Positions 21,374 to 32,300 of a stretch of DNA of 64,000 nt are shown in pieces. Made by a program: the position numbers and the translations under genes. Each line of letters starts with the position of its first letter. Position 1 is the first letter of the stretch. The DNA is from an uncultured cyanobacterium (lineage in GTDB: Bacteria > Cyanobacteriota > Cyanobacteriia > Cyanobacteriales > Nostocaceae). The stretch spans positions 480,001 to 544,000 of the forward strand of contig OY970166.1 in NCBI GenBank assembly GCA_963706595.1, given 5' to 3'. The notes below the pieces were generated by a model. It saw nothing but the letters and a program-made list of their open reading frames with translations, was not told the origin of the DNA and did not search any database.

Positions 21374-21922
21374 CTAGAGATTTGAGCAGAAAGCAAATTC
21401 TGTTTTGATATTCCAACGCTGACCGTCATGTAGCAGCAGCGTTAACTTCTCAGCAGTAAAATCAAAATTTAACGAACGTTGGACAAATTCCGGCCAAGCA
21501 AGTCTAAAATTCTGCTTTGTTAAATCCCGAAAAGCCACAGTTAAATGGGGTGTAAAAGGGCGAGTTTGAGATGTTTTATCGACAATTTCTAAGTGATTTT
21601 CTACATAACCCATTAAATCAGCTTGCAAGGTCAAAAGTGCTTGACTTTTAACAACATTTATGTATATAACACGGGGAGGAAAGGCTGCATAACCGTTGAG
21701 TGTAATTGGTATTGGCTGTTGTGTGCTAGCAAACTCTTTCAGGGATGCTTCTAGCTGTGGAACATGAGCATCTGACCATTCAAAAGGGGGTTGCAAGGTA
21801 ATATGAGGCGGTGACTTTTGCGCCCCACGACTGGCATAATGGTCAGCGAAGTGCTGTTTAATCTCGTTAGCGTAGTCCTGAATCTGCTGTGGTGGTAAAA
21901 GGGCGATAAAAAAACGGCTCAT
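21374..21922 (-). CDS. 2'-5' RNA ligase / 2H phosphoesterase family
   Basis: Two HxT motifs: PHITL and PHLTV. Confidence 0.88.
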   Translation of the reverse strand: MSRFFIALLPPQQIQDYANEIKQHFADHYASRGAQKSPPHITLQPPFEWSDAHVPQLEASLKEFASTQQPIPITLNGYAAFPPRVIYINVVKSQALLTLQADLMGYVENHLEIVDKTSQTRPFTPHLTVAFRDLTKQNFRLAWPEFVQRSLNFDFTAEKLTLLLHDGQRWNIKTEFAFCSNL

Positions 21923-21978
21923 CTGAGTTTATGTTGAACAGCGAAACCTCAAGAGTATTACAAATATATATGTATAGT

Positions 21979-22084
21979 TAAGTAGCTCAAACTTAAAAAA
22001 CGTAATATCCAGATCCCCGACTTCTCAAAGAAGTCGGGGATCTATAGCGTCAAGGTTTTATGTTTAATTAGGTTGACCTACTTA
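21979..22084. repeat. MITE-like element with a central perfect hairpin
   Basis: TAAGTAGCTCAA ... TTGACCTACTTA ends; AGATCCCCGACTTCT-CAA-AGAAGTCGGGGATCT at 22011-22043. Confidence 0.65.
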
Positions 22085-22556
22085 GTGACATACTCCTACA
22101 CTGATGCAAGCATACAGTGTAGGCTTCTCAGCGACTCTTCTATGAAGACATTGACTGAGCTTTGTTTTAAGTCCACGAGAAGCCCCTCCGCAGACTATGC
22201 AATTTCTTACCTTGTACCCTACAAATTTTACTGTCCTGGATGAGATGCTGGCTTATTCGCGCTATAGGACAAACCCGGAGGTGATCTGTATTAATCAAGA
22301 TGTGCCTACTTGCTTCTATGCTGTGCAACGGAGTCGCTTACCAATAATCGTAATGCTATTGGACAGAGGCTTATCAGACACCAATATGGGTGAAGTCAAC
22401 CAAATCTATTATACCAAATTTAAAATATTTTGCTCGTTTCCTCCGTGTCTCCCTTCCTCGCTGTCGCATTGGTCGGGAGACTGTCGTCAATTCACGCGCA
22501 ATTCATCTCATCACTTCCGCTATCGTGTTAAGTGAGAGGCTTCTTGCTGTTTAAGC
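22085..22556 (-). mobile_element. Non-coding IS200/IS605 mini-element (PATE-like)
   Basis: Right-end hairpin CCTACACTG...CAGTGTAGG ending GAGTATGTCAC on the minus strand; left-end hairpin 22507-22539 preceded by TTTA; no tnpA/tnpB coding sequence recognised. Confidence 0.65.
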
Positions 22557-22580
22557 TAAAAATTGAGAGGTTGCGAGGAA

Positions 22581-22847
22581 ATGCCCTTATTTGTGAAAAT
22601 TGAAGCAGGTAAAGTCGATAAACCGATTTTTGACCAATACGTACCCGCCCACAAAGCCTATGTGGAAGATTTGATTGCCAAAGGACACAAAGCCAGAACA
22701 GGCTATTGGGCAGGAGATATGGGCGGAATGTTGATATTTGAGGCGGCTTCTATGGATGAAGCCCAAGCAATTGTGGCTCTTGATCCATTGGTACAGAACG
22801 ATTGTGTGAGTTATCAGCTTTATGAATGGAAAATTGTTGTGGAGTAA
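22581..22847 (+). CDS. YciI family protein
   Basis: VPAHKAYV, GGMLIFEA, DPLV motifs; GAGG RBS before ATG 22581. Confidence 0.85.
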   Translation: MPLFVKIEAGKVDKPIFDQYVPAHKAYVEDLIAKGHKARTGYWAGDMGGMLIFEAASMDEAQAIVALDPLVQNDCVSYQLYEWKIVVE

Positions 22848-22884
22848 CACACACTTACCGAGTTTTCATGTTATACTGATTTTT

Positions 22885-22980
22885 AGACCTGGATCTACGC
22901 GGCTGTAACGCCCAAATCTTGTCAGAACCGGAAGGTGGCAGCAATACGGGATGCTTATAGTAGGCGTAGTCTCCGGGTCG
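22885..22980 (+). ncRNA. ffs: Signal recognition particle 4.5S RNA
   Basis: TCAGAACCGGAAGGTGGCAGC domain IV, complementary ends GACCTGGA/TCCGGGTC, TATACT -10 at 22872. Confidence 0.92.
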
Positions 22981-23009
22981 CCCTATTTTGTTAGGAGCGG
23001 TCAGCAGCA

Positions 23010-23411
23010 ATGCCTGGTTTAGGAGATTTTGTTCAAAAAGCTTTTTACCTCGGTGTCGGGTTAGCTTCTTACGCAGGTGAGAAAGCAGGAGGGAAGTTGG
23101 GCGAACTGCGATCGCAAGTCCAAAAACTAGCGGATGAAATGGTGGCAAAGGGCGAAATGAACACAGAAGAAGCCCGCCGTTTCGTCGAGGATATGATGAA
23201 GCAAGCTCAACAGCCGCCAAAACCCAGTGAAACCCCAGAGAAATCACCAACTTCTGAACCTCGCCGCATTGAAATTTTAGAAGAAGATGAAACGGGAACT
23301 GTCAAAGATTCCCCCAAGTCACAAGATTCATCAAAAGATAATGTTGATCACTTGCGCGAACAAGTGCTACAACTGCAAAAAGAGTTACAAGACCTGCAAC
23401 ACGATAAGTAA
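23010..23411 (+). CDS. Phasin-like hypothetical protein
   Basis: QKAFYLGVGLA...DEMVAKGEMNTEEARRFV pattern. Confidence 0.75.
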   Translation: MPGLGDFVQKAFYLGVGLASYAGEKAGGKLGELRSQVQKLADEMVAKGEMNTEEARRFVEDMMKQAQQPPKPSETPEKSPTSEPRRIEILEEDETGTVKDSPKSQDSSKDNVDHLREQVLQLQKELQDLQHDK

Positions 23412-23567
23412 AAAGTAAATTTTCACCTTGTGTTTGTGCATTCAGCCGCATATAGGTATACTGTTATGTGCAGAAAGTTGATAAAATACATTGCCTGGGA
23501 TGTAGTATAGTGCTGCAAGCCTGATAGCACTAAGCGTCCTGTTTATATCCAGTAAGGGCGTAGGTTT

Positions 23568-23981
23568 ATGGAACAATGGCAAAAAGATTTAGCGGAAATG
23601 GTCGAAACCGTAGCTGATGAAGTAGAACGCTTTTTCTTAGGAATGAGTGAAATGGTAGATGTATTTTTTGAACTAACGGAAGAATTTTCCGATCAAGTCC
23701 AAAATTCTATAGTCACTGAAATTGACCAGTATTTACAGGAACTAACCGACGACACAATTTTGGAAGTTTACTGGGAACTGGAAGATTTTGTGGGAGATTC
23801 AGATCCTGGTTTTCCTTACGGGGTTGAACCGACTTTAGAAAAAAATGCTGCTTGTGTAGGTTGTCATCACTACCACGGTCAAGTGTATGGTGGTAATCTG
23901 TTAGTCTGTGGTATGCATCCTCATGGGTGGGATGATAAAAATTGTCCTGATTGGGAACAGGAAGAAGAGGAGAGGTTTTAA
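23568..23981 (+). CDS. Conserved cyanobacterial hypothetical protein with a Cys/His motif
   Basis: CVGCHHYHG...LVCGMHPHG...CPDW C-terminus. Confidence 0.75.
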   Translation: MEQWQKDLAEMVETVADEVERFFLGMSEMVDVFFELTEEFSDQVQNSIVTEIDQYLQELTDDTILEVYWELEDFVGDSDPGFPYGVEPTLEKNAACVGCHHYHGQVYGGNLLVCGMHPHGWDDKNCPDWEQEEEERF

Positions 23982-24057
23982 ACGCAGAGGGGCGCTAAGG
24001 TTAACGCCAAGGTACGCAGAGTTTTTTGGATTTAAAAAGTTATATATTTAAGTAAGT

Positions 24058-24444
24058 ATGAGCGATTCTTCTCCTGAGATGAAGTATGGTGAACGTGAGA
24101 TTACAGAGGGTAAGTTAATTACTTTTCCTAATCCGCGTGTGGGTAGGCGATATGATGTGAGTATTTCTTTACCGGAATTTACTTGTAAGTGTCCATTTTC
24201 TGGTTATCCTGATTTTGCGACGATTTATATTACCTATATGCCTGATCAGCGTGTGGTAGAATTGAAGGCTTTGAAGCTGTATATTAATAGTTATCGCGAT
24301 CGCTATATTTCTCATGAAGAATCTGCAAATCAAATTTTAGATGATTTTGTGGCTGCTTGTGACCCCTTAGAAGTCACAGTCAAGGCAGATTTTACTCCCC
24401 GTGGTAATGTCCATACTGTAGTAGAAGTGCGTCATCAGAAATAG
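24058..24444 (+). CDS. queF: preQ1 synthase (7-cyano-7-deazaguanine reductase)
   Basis: PEFTCKCP..GYPDFA, VELKALKLY, HEE, PRG. Confidence 0.95.
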   Translation: MSDSSPEMKYGEREITEGKLITFPNPRVGRRYDVSISLPEFTCKCPFSGYPDFATIYITYMPDQRVVELKALKLYINSYRDRYISHEESANQILDDFVAACDPLEVTVKADFTPRGNVHTVVEVRHQK

Positions 24445-24495
24445 ATGTAGACGCAGAGGAAAAACTCTCTGCGTACCTCTGCGCTAACCTTCGCG

Positions 24496-25869
24496 TTAAA
24501 CTCCAGATTCAGAACTCAGGTTATCTAATATCTCTAATACTTCTTGTTCAAATGCGACTTGGGCGCGGTTAGTCTTACCACCAATATACAAGCGATCGCC
24601 TGTTTTTAACGCCCAAATTTGGGAGTGAGAGAAATAACTCATGGTTGCGCCTAACATTAATAAGGCGAATCCTGTGTAAACTAGGGGGATACCTGGGTCA
24701 GATTTGATTTGTAAGCCAGTGCTTCCCAGAACATCGACAATTTTCAGATTTACGCCATTGACTTTGGCTGACATTCCCGTGCGTACTGTGTCTACTAATT
24801 TCCCGGTGGAATCATATATTAATACCATTCCTTGCAAATCTTTGGCAATCACAGAAACGCCATCACTCAAATCTGGTTTAGTGGGTATCCAACTTCCCCA
24901 AAGTCGTCCTTTACCGTTGGTGTCTAATGCCGCCATTGGTAACTGAAATATGGGACTATTATTAAATTGAATCTGAACTGCGGAAATTCCCCAATCAGTT
25001 TGATAGAAAGTTACGCCATGATAACGCAGGGGTTGGTTAACGAAAATCTTTTTATGGTCAACTTCTTCTCCCTGTTTATCCAAGACTGACATATCTGAAT
25101 AAAATTGGTCAATTTCACCAGTGGGAGTGTAATCAATCCAAAAACGATTCACACGCACAGACCAATCTTTGAGAATTTGGAAATTTGCCCAGGGACCAGC
25201 ATCTATAATATTCTTGACTTGAAATGTATTACCACTTGATATCATTTCTTGAGCCATAAATCCAGTCATCGCGCCGAGAATTCCCCCCAGGAGGATAGTC
25301 ACAATCCCCACATGGACAACAATCGGTCCGATACGTCCAATTATTCCCTTACGCGCGTAGAGAATATTGTCTTTTTCTGGTTCTTGAAATATCTGATAAC
25401 GGCGATTTTTTAAGATTTCATTTAAAGAATTGAGGGAACCAGTATCTAGTTCTGCACTCAAAGCTAATTTTTGGAATTTCCGGGGTTCTTCGTAATATTT
25501 CCAGCGTTGGGCGGTTTTTAAAGCTGGTAACTGACGGGTAAATGTACAAGCTGTGAGACTCGTACCAAATAAAATTAATAAACCAAGAAACCACCAAGTC
25601 CGATATACATGGTCTAACCCAATTACTTGAATTACCTTCCAAGTTAGGAAACCAAATAATGCTGGACTTTCGGGGTAGTTCGACTGATAATATGCAGGTG
25701 ACTGACCTTGCTCAATCACTGTGCCACTGATGCTAAAAAGAGCGATAATTAATAAGAGTGCGATCGCTAGTCGTAAATTAGTCAGTACAGGTAAAATCTC
25801 CCTGCGTAAGAATCGCCCAGGTACTAACCACCAATTTAATTCTGTGGACGCTGAATTTTCTACAGTCAT
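24496..25869 (-). CDS. ccsB: Cytochrome c biogenesis protein CcsB/Ccs1 (ResB)
   Basis: [27 protein letters not shown]...[13 protein letters not shown]. Confidence 0.93.
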   Translation of the reverse strand: MTVENSASTELNWWLVPGRFLRREILPVLTNLRLAIALLLIIALFSISGTVIEQGQSPAYYQSNYPESPALFGFLTWKVIQVIGLDHVYRTWWFLGLLILFGTSLTACTFTRQLPALKTAQRWKYYEEPRKFQKLALSAELDTGSLNSLNEILKNRRYQIFQEPEKDNILYARKGIIGRIGPIVVHVGIVTILLGGILGAMTGFMAQEMISSGNTFQVKNIIDAGPWANFQILKDWSVRVNRFWIDYTPTGEIDQFYSDMSVLDKQGEEVDHKKIFVNQPLRYHGVTFYQTDWGISAVQIQFNNSPIFQLPMAALDTNGKGRLWGSWIPTKPDLSDGVSVIAKDLQGMVLIYDSTGKLVDTVRTGMSAKVNGVNLKIVDVLGSTGLQIKSDPGIPLVYTGFALLMLGATMSYFSHSQIWALKTGDRLYIGGKTNRAQVAFEQEVLEILDNLSSESGV

Positions 25870-25871
25870 AC

Positions 25872-25911
25872 AATTTTGGATTTTAGATTTTAGATTTTAG
25901 ATTTTAGATTT
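25872..25911. repeat. STRR heptamer repeat (ATTTTAG)n
   Basis: About five tandem copies. Confidence 0.8.
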
Positions 25912-26054
25912 ATTTCACAGATGAATCTAGGGACTTGTAACACTAAGGAAGTATAGGACTTACCCACAAATTACGGAATAACGAACCACAGAGACGCAGA
26001 GGACACAGAGGAATAAGGGTTTGAGAGGATTTTTGCGTAAGTCCTGAAGTATTG

Positions 26055-26795
26055 TTAAAAACTTCCCAAAGGGAATCGAGAAATTAAGGAAAATACACCA
26101 AATGCTACTAATAGCACACCGCTAACTGGATTAATCCAACCAGACCAGCGTCGCAGTTCTAGCAGCTTTTTAATCGAAGCGGTAAAAGTACCTGCTAAAA
26201 TCAACGGTGCTACATAACCTGCCGTATAGGATAGTAACAAAATAGCGCCCAGAATTAAATCTTGTGTACTCGCAACCCAACCCAGTAAGCTGGCTAAAAC
26301 CGGTGTACTACAAGGAGACGCGACCAAGCCGAAAGTTAACCCCAGGGAATAAGAACGCACACCCGGCGGTAAATCTTGGGAAATCCAATTGGTTTCGCCC
26401 AGGGAAGGAAATTGTATCGGTAGGGCTTCTAGCAAGTTCAACCCCATAAGAATAGCGATAATACTCACGATAATTGGTAAGCCGATTCCCACTTGACCAT
26501 AGACTTTTCCCACAAAAGCTGCTATGATTCCCAGCCCCGCTAGAGTCGTTGCTAAACCTAAAGCAAACCATGTCGATTGTGCGGCTGCTTGGAGGCGACC
26601 TTTGGCTTCATAACCCCCGATGTACCCAATAGTAATTGGTAGCATGGACAGCATACAAGGGGTAAGACTGGTGAGTAAGCCGGCTGTGAAAATAATGCCA
26701 ATACTGAGTAAGCTGAGGTGCGTTAGTTGGTTAGATACTAAGGTGTTGGCAAATTGTTCTAGTTCGTAAAGTCGTGTTTGTAGTGTCTCCAGCAT
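26055..26795 (-). CDS. ccdA: Cytochrome c biogenesis protein CcdA
   Basis: LTSLTPC..SMLP and ASPCSTPVL redox cysteines; start MLETLQ. Confidence 0.92.
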   Translation of the reverse strand: MLETLQTRLYELEQFANTLVSNQLTHLSLLSIGIIFTAGLLTSLTPCMLSMLPITIGYIGGYEAKGRLQAAAQSTWFALGLATTLAGLGIIAAFVGKVYGQVGIGLPIIVSIIAILMGLNLLEALPIQFPSLGETNWISQDLPPGVRSYSLGLTFGLVASPCSTPVLASLLGWVASTQDLILGAILLLSYTAGYVAPLILAGTFTASIKKLLELRRWSGWINPVSGVLLVAFGVFSLISRFPLGSF

Positions 26796-27026
26796 GGGAA
26801 TTTTTAAGCGGCAAATGCTTGTTATATTTAAAATTCTAACGTATTTTTGGGAGATATTTAAACAGGATGGGAATACAATATCAAGCATAATTGAACGCAG
26901 ATGGACGCAGATTAACGCAGATGAAGATGGATTAATCAATAAATTTCAGGATTATGTGCAGCCTCACATATAATTGCTATTATATGGAAAGTCTCTACAA
27001 CATAAATTCTTTTTCATTTGCTTGAA

Positions 27027-27431
27027 TCACTCTTGTAACCAATCCTCTAATTTTAAATCTGGTATTCTTAATAAATCCGAATCATGAGAAACTAAAATAA
27101 GATTATTAATAATAGCTGTAGCTGCTATAAATACATCTGCATCTTGGATTGGTAAACCTCTGATTTTCAAATCAGCATGAATTTCGGTGGCTTTTTGGAA
27201 AATTGCCATATCATCTAATAGTAAAACAGGGTATTCATCGCATAACTTCTCGAAATCAATTAACTTTCTACTAGCTTTTATCGCTAAATATCCCCTTTTG
27301 ATTTCATAGTAAGTCATTCCGCTTATGAAAAATTTTTTACCTTGAACACGTATTCTATCTAGCGGTTTAATGACTTTGGGATTGTTTTTTAAAATAGCCG
27401 ACACAATGTTAGTATCTAGGAGATAATTCAT
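27027..27431 (-). CDS. vapC: PIN domain VapC toxin
   Basis: YLLDTNIV, E, DVFIAATA, LVSHD.D acidic residues. Confidence 0.9.
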   Translation of the reverse strand: MNYLLDTNIVSAILKNNPKVIKPLDRIRVQGKKFFISGMTYYEIKRGYLAIKASRKLIDFEKLCDEYPVLLLDDMAIFQKATEIHADLKIRGLPIQDADVFIAATAIINNLILVSHDSDLLRIPDLKLEDWLQE

Positions 27432-27434
27432 CTT

Positions 27435-27779
27435 TTATCTACCTACGGCTTCATCAAATATTGCCATTTCTTCCGGTGTTAAATCATTTAGAGTTCCGGC
27501 TAAAGCATGGAGAACTAAAATACCATTAATTCTCTTAGTCAACTCCTCCTGATTAATTTTGTCTATATCTGGTGATGTATCGGCTTGACTAAACAAGTCA
27601 AAAATATAATTAATCATCTGCTGTTTATCTAATCTTTCCTGATACAAATCGTCATGAGCAATCAAATCTTCTATAATTGCTGAAATACGTTTAAAGGCTG
27701 GTTCTTTTGGCAAAGACATGAAATTTATGTAGTTTTTATTCATATTTTTACTTCCATATTTTTTGAGGGTATATACCAT
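27435..27779 (-). CDS. Putative antitoxin partner of VapC
   Basis: Directly upstream of vapC; C-terminal AGTLNDLTPEEMAIFDEAV; start uncertain. Confidence 0.6.
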   Translation of the reverse strand: MVYTLKKYGSKNMNKNYINFMSLPKEPAFKRISAIIEDLIAHDDLYQERLDKQQMINYIFDLFSQADTSPDIDKINQEELTKRINGILVLHALAGTLNDLTPEEMAIFDEAVGR

Positions 27780-27847
27780 TTTAGCAAAAATCGGTATTTT
27801 TGAGGTTTATGCTAATTTGACTATTGTCCTGAAACTGCTGTTTAATT

Positions 27848-28288
27848 ATGAGTAGAATCCCCAAAATTGACCGTCAACGCGAACATCAAGCCAACGAGAG
27901 AACTTTTTTAGCATGGCTACGGACATCCATCTCATTGATTGGTTTTGGGTTTGCGATCGCGCGATTCGGTTTATTTATGCGACAATTAAATGTTGCCCTT
28001 ACACAACAAGAGCCTTCCGTCAACCCCATATTTAACTCAGAAAACCTGGGAATTGTGTTTGTAATATTTGGAATTGTAGCGATCGCCTTAGCTGCATGGC
28101 GGTACAATCAAGTATTCTGGGAAATTGAACGCGCCGATTATCGACCGCACCGTTTACCAGTGTGGATTATGACCGGAGTAGTGATAATTCTCGGTATTCT
28201 CAGCCTACCCTTACTCTTATTACGAAATTCAATATCTCCACCTCCCTCCTCAGCACCCAGTCAGCCACAATCGCGCCATCTTCGTTAA
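27848..28288 (+). CDS. YidH/DUF202 membrane protein
   Basis: ANERTFLAWLRT motif. Confidence 0.9.
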   Translation: MSRIPKIDRQREHQANERTFLAWLRTSISLIGFGFAIARFGLFMRQLNVALTQQEPSVNPIFNSENLGIVFVIFGIVAIALAAWRYNQVFWEIERADYRPHRLPVWIMTGVVIILGILSLPLLLLRNSISPPPSSAPSQPQSRHLR

Positions 28289-28391
28289 AGCCTAAAAGTT
28301 TATTAATACAATTGATATAATTACAACTAATCAATAAGCCTCTCTTGATTTAACTGTTAGTCATTGTCAGAAAATACAACAATTTATTTGT

Positions 28392-28982
28392 ATGACTCTT
28401 AGCCAATTTCAATCCTATCTTTCACCAGAAGAATATCTAGAAATTGAAAAATCTAGCCCAATTAAACATGAATATATCCAAGGGCAGATTTATGCAATGG
28501 CAGGCGCAAGTGATGCTCATGTAACAATTACTGCTAACTTAGTCACCCTGCTGAGAAATCACATTCGCGGGACTGGGTGTCGTCTTTATGTTGCTGACAT
28601 GAAAGTACGCATCGAATCTCTGAATATTTTTTACTATCCAGATATCATGGTGACTTGTGACCAACGAGATACAAGTTTTGAATATTTTAAACGCTATCCC
28701 AGCTTAATAATTGAAGTTTTATCACCCTCCACTGAAGCTTTAGACAGAGGTGATAAATTTAGTGACTATCAAGAATTAGAAACATTGCAAGAATATGTTT
28801 TAATCAGTCAAAACCGTCGGCGTGTTGATTGTTTTCGGCGTAATACAGAAGGTAGATGGGAGCTTTATAGCTACAGAGGAAATCAAGAATTACAGTTAAA
28901 CACCCTGAATTTTTCTGGTTCCTTAACTGATGTTTATGAAGATGTCTCCCTCCCCGGAACTTTTAACCCTACTTCTGGCTAA
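28392..28982 (+). CDS. Uma2 family endonuclease
   Basis: HEYIQG.IYAMAGAS..H, YYPDI, IIEVLSPST. Confidence 0.92.
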   Translation: MTLSQFQSYLSPEEYLEIEKSSPIKHEYIQGQIYAMAGASDAHVTITANLVTLLRNHIRGTGCRLYVADMKVRIESLNIFYYPDIMVTCDQRDTSFEYFKRYPSLIIEVLSPSTEALDRGDKFSDYQELETLQEYVLISQNRRRVDCFRRNTEGRWELYSYRGNQELQLNTLNFSGSLTDVYEDVSLPGTFNPTSG

Positions 28983-29328
28983 TGAATCTTTAACTATCGT
29001 TCAAAAAATCGTAAATTATGACAACTTCCTCCCTCCTTAAGTAGGTGGGTAGGAAAACTTATACCTCAAACAACTCAAAAATCCTCCGCGTATCTTTGCG
29101 CTTACCTTAGCGAACCTCTGCGTTTAAAAAACACTCATCCCCCCACCCCATAAACCAGAAAAAAACAGCTCAAACCCGCATCAACAAAAGCCCAAAAATA
29201 CTGAGTACATAACTAATATTAAATAGATAGAAAAACCCCTCAGACATAAAATATAAAAACTGCCTACTAACTAATATATTTAATTTTATTGTAACCAAGC
29301 GACCGCTACAAACAAAAACCCCAAAAAC

Positions 29329-32300
29329 ATGAACAAAACCTTTGCAACCATTGACGGAAACGAAGCTGTAGCCCGTGTTGCTTACAAATTAAACGAAGTA
29401 ATTGCCATATATCCTATCACCCCCTCCTCAGCAATGGGTGAATGGGCAGATACTTGGTCAGCCGCAAACCAGCCCAACCTGTGGAATACTATACCCAGCG
29501 TGGTGCAGATGCAGAGTGAAGGAGGCGCTGCTGCTGCGGTACATGGCGCATTACAAACCGGTTCCCTGAGTACGACCTTCACAGCGTCCCAGGGGTTGTT
29601 ATTAATGATTCCCAACCTCTACAAAATCGCCGGTGAACTAACTAGCGCTGTGGTTCATGTCGCCGCCCGTTCCCTCGCCACTCACGCCTTATCTATTTTC
29701 GGTGATCATAGTGATGTTATGGCATCCCGTGCTACAGGGTTCGCCTTGCTGTGTTCCGCTTCAGTCCAGGAAAGCCATGATTTTGCGCTGATTTCTCAAG
29801 CTGCTACCTTAGAAACGCGTGTATCATTTATGCACTTCTTTGATGGTTTCCGCACATCACATGAAGTCCAAAAAATCAAGTTATTGTCAGATGAGCAATT
29901 GCGATCGCTTATCGATGAGAATCTAATTTTAGCTCATCGCGATCGCGCCCTCACCCCAGACCGTCCCCTATTGCGAGGAACAGCCCAAAATCCTGATGTA
30001 TTTTTCCAAGGACGTGAAGCTGCAAACCCCTACTACAAAGCCACTCCCGCCATCGTCCAACGCCTCATGGATGAATTTGCAGAAGTCACAGGGAGACATT
30101 ACCAAATCTATGAATACCACGGCGCGAGTGATGCGGAAAGGGTAATTATTCTCATGGGTTCCGGTTGTGAAACAGTCCATGAAACAGTCGATTATCTCAA
30201 CACCCAAGGGGAAAAAGTGGGCGTGGTGAAAGTGCGACTTTATCGCCCCTTTGATGTAGACAGATTTATTGCAGTATTACCAAACAGTGTACAGGCGATC
30301 GCAGTCCTTGACCGCACCAAAGAACCAGGTAGCATCGGCGAACCCTTGTATTTAGATGTAGTCGCTGCTATTCATGAAGCAAATCCCAAATCCCAAATCC
30401 CAAATCTAAAATCGATTATTGGTGGGCGTTATGGTCTTTCCTCCAAGGAATTTACCCCAGCAATGGTAAAAAGCATCTTTGATCATCTTGCCGAACCACA
30501 ACCGCGAAATCACTTAACTGTGGGTATTAATGACGACATTACTCACACATCCCTCAAATTTGACCCCAACTTTTCCACCGAACCAGATAACGTAATTCGC
30601 GCCATGTTCTATGGCTTAGGTTCCGATGGGACAGTGGGTGCTAATAAAAACTCTATCAAAATTATAGGGGAAGAAACAGACAACTACGCCCAAGGTTATT
30701 TTGTCTACGACTCCAAAAAATCCGGTTCAATGACAGTTTCTCACCTGCGTTTTGGTCCCCAGCCAATTCGCTCAACTTACCTCATAAATCAAGCTAACTT
30801 CATTGGTTGTCATCACTGGGGATTCCTAGAACGCATAGATATTTTGAAATCGGCGATTTCTGGGGCAACTTTGCTGTTAAATAGTCCTCATGATGCGGAT
30901 ACTGTTTGGGAATATTTACCACCAAAAGTACAGCAGCAAATTATTGATAAACAGCTAAAATTCTTTGTAATTAATGCTAACCAAGTCGCCCGTGAAAGTG
31001 GTATGGGTGGCAGAATTAACACTATTATGCAGGTGTGCTTTTTTGCCTTAGCAGGTGTTTTACCCGAAGCCGAAGCCATTAGCAAAATTAAAAAAGCCAT
31101 TGAAAAGACTTATGGTAAAAAAGGTGCAGAAGTTGTCCAGAAAAACTTGCAAGCAGTAGACAACACCCTGACTAACTTACATAAAGTAGATATCCGTCAT
31201 TCTTCCCCCACTCCCCACTCCCCACTCCCCACTCCCCACCTCTTAGATAGTGCGCCGGAATTTGTGCGGGATGTTCTAGGTGAAATTATGACATGGCATG
31301 GTGATGATTTACCAGTCAGTGCATTACCAGCCGATGGGACATTTCCCACAGGTACAGCGAAATGGGAAAAACGTAATGTTGCAGAAGAGATACCTGTGTG
31401 GGAACCGGATGTCTGCGTTCAGTGTGGTAAGTGCGTTATGGTTTGTCCCCACGCTGCTATCCGCGCTAAGGCTTATCAACCCGATGAGTTAATTAATGCA
31501 CCGAGTAGCTTTAAATCAATTAATGCTAAAGACAAGAGTTTTAGCAATCAAAAATTTACGATTCAAGTCGCCCCAGAAGATTGTACAGGATGCGCCATCT
31601 GTGTAGATATTTGCCCGGCTAAAAATAAATCTCAGCCATCCCAGAAAGCGATTAATATGGCGCAGCAACTACCTTTGCGGGAACAAGAACGCCACAACTG
31701 GGATTTCTTCTTAAGTTTACCCAATCCTGACCGCAGACAGCTAAAAGTTAACCAAATTCGCCAACAACAACTGCAAGAACCTTTATTTGAATTTTCCGGT
31801 GCTTGTGCTGGTTGTGGAGAAACACCTTATTTAAAATTATTAACACAATTGTTTGGCGATCGCTCTGTAATTGCCAATGCTACAGGTTGTTCTTCAATTT
31901 ACGGCGGAAACCTCCCCACCACTCCTTGGACAACCAACGCCGAAGGACGTGGCCCCGCATGGTCAAATAGCTTATTTGAAGATAACGCCGAATTTGGTTT
32001 TGGCTATCGTTTATCGCTGGATAAACAAGCTGAATTTGCGGCGGAATTATTGCAAACATTGGGGAGTAGGGAGTGGGGAGTAGGGAGTGGGGATATTTCC
32101 AATGATTTAGTCCAATCTATCCTGACTGCTGAACAAAAATCTGAAGCCGACATCTGGGAACAACGGGAAAGGGTAAAATTACTTAAACAACAGTTAGATG
32201 AAATACTCACTTCTGAACCCAATCTAAAATCCCAAATTCAAAACCTCAAATCCTTGGCTGATTATTTAGTGAGAAAAAGCGTCTGGATTGTCGGTGGTGA

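Noticed and set aside
22197..22535. 112-aa ORF in the track
   Set aside because: Lies within the non-coding IS605-like element and runs through its terminal hairpin; no recognisable domain
22855..23250. 131-aa minus-strand ORF
   Set aside because: Antisense to ffs and the phasin-like gene
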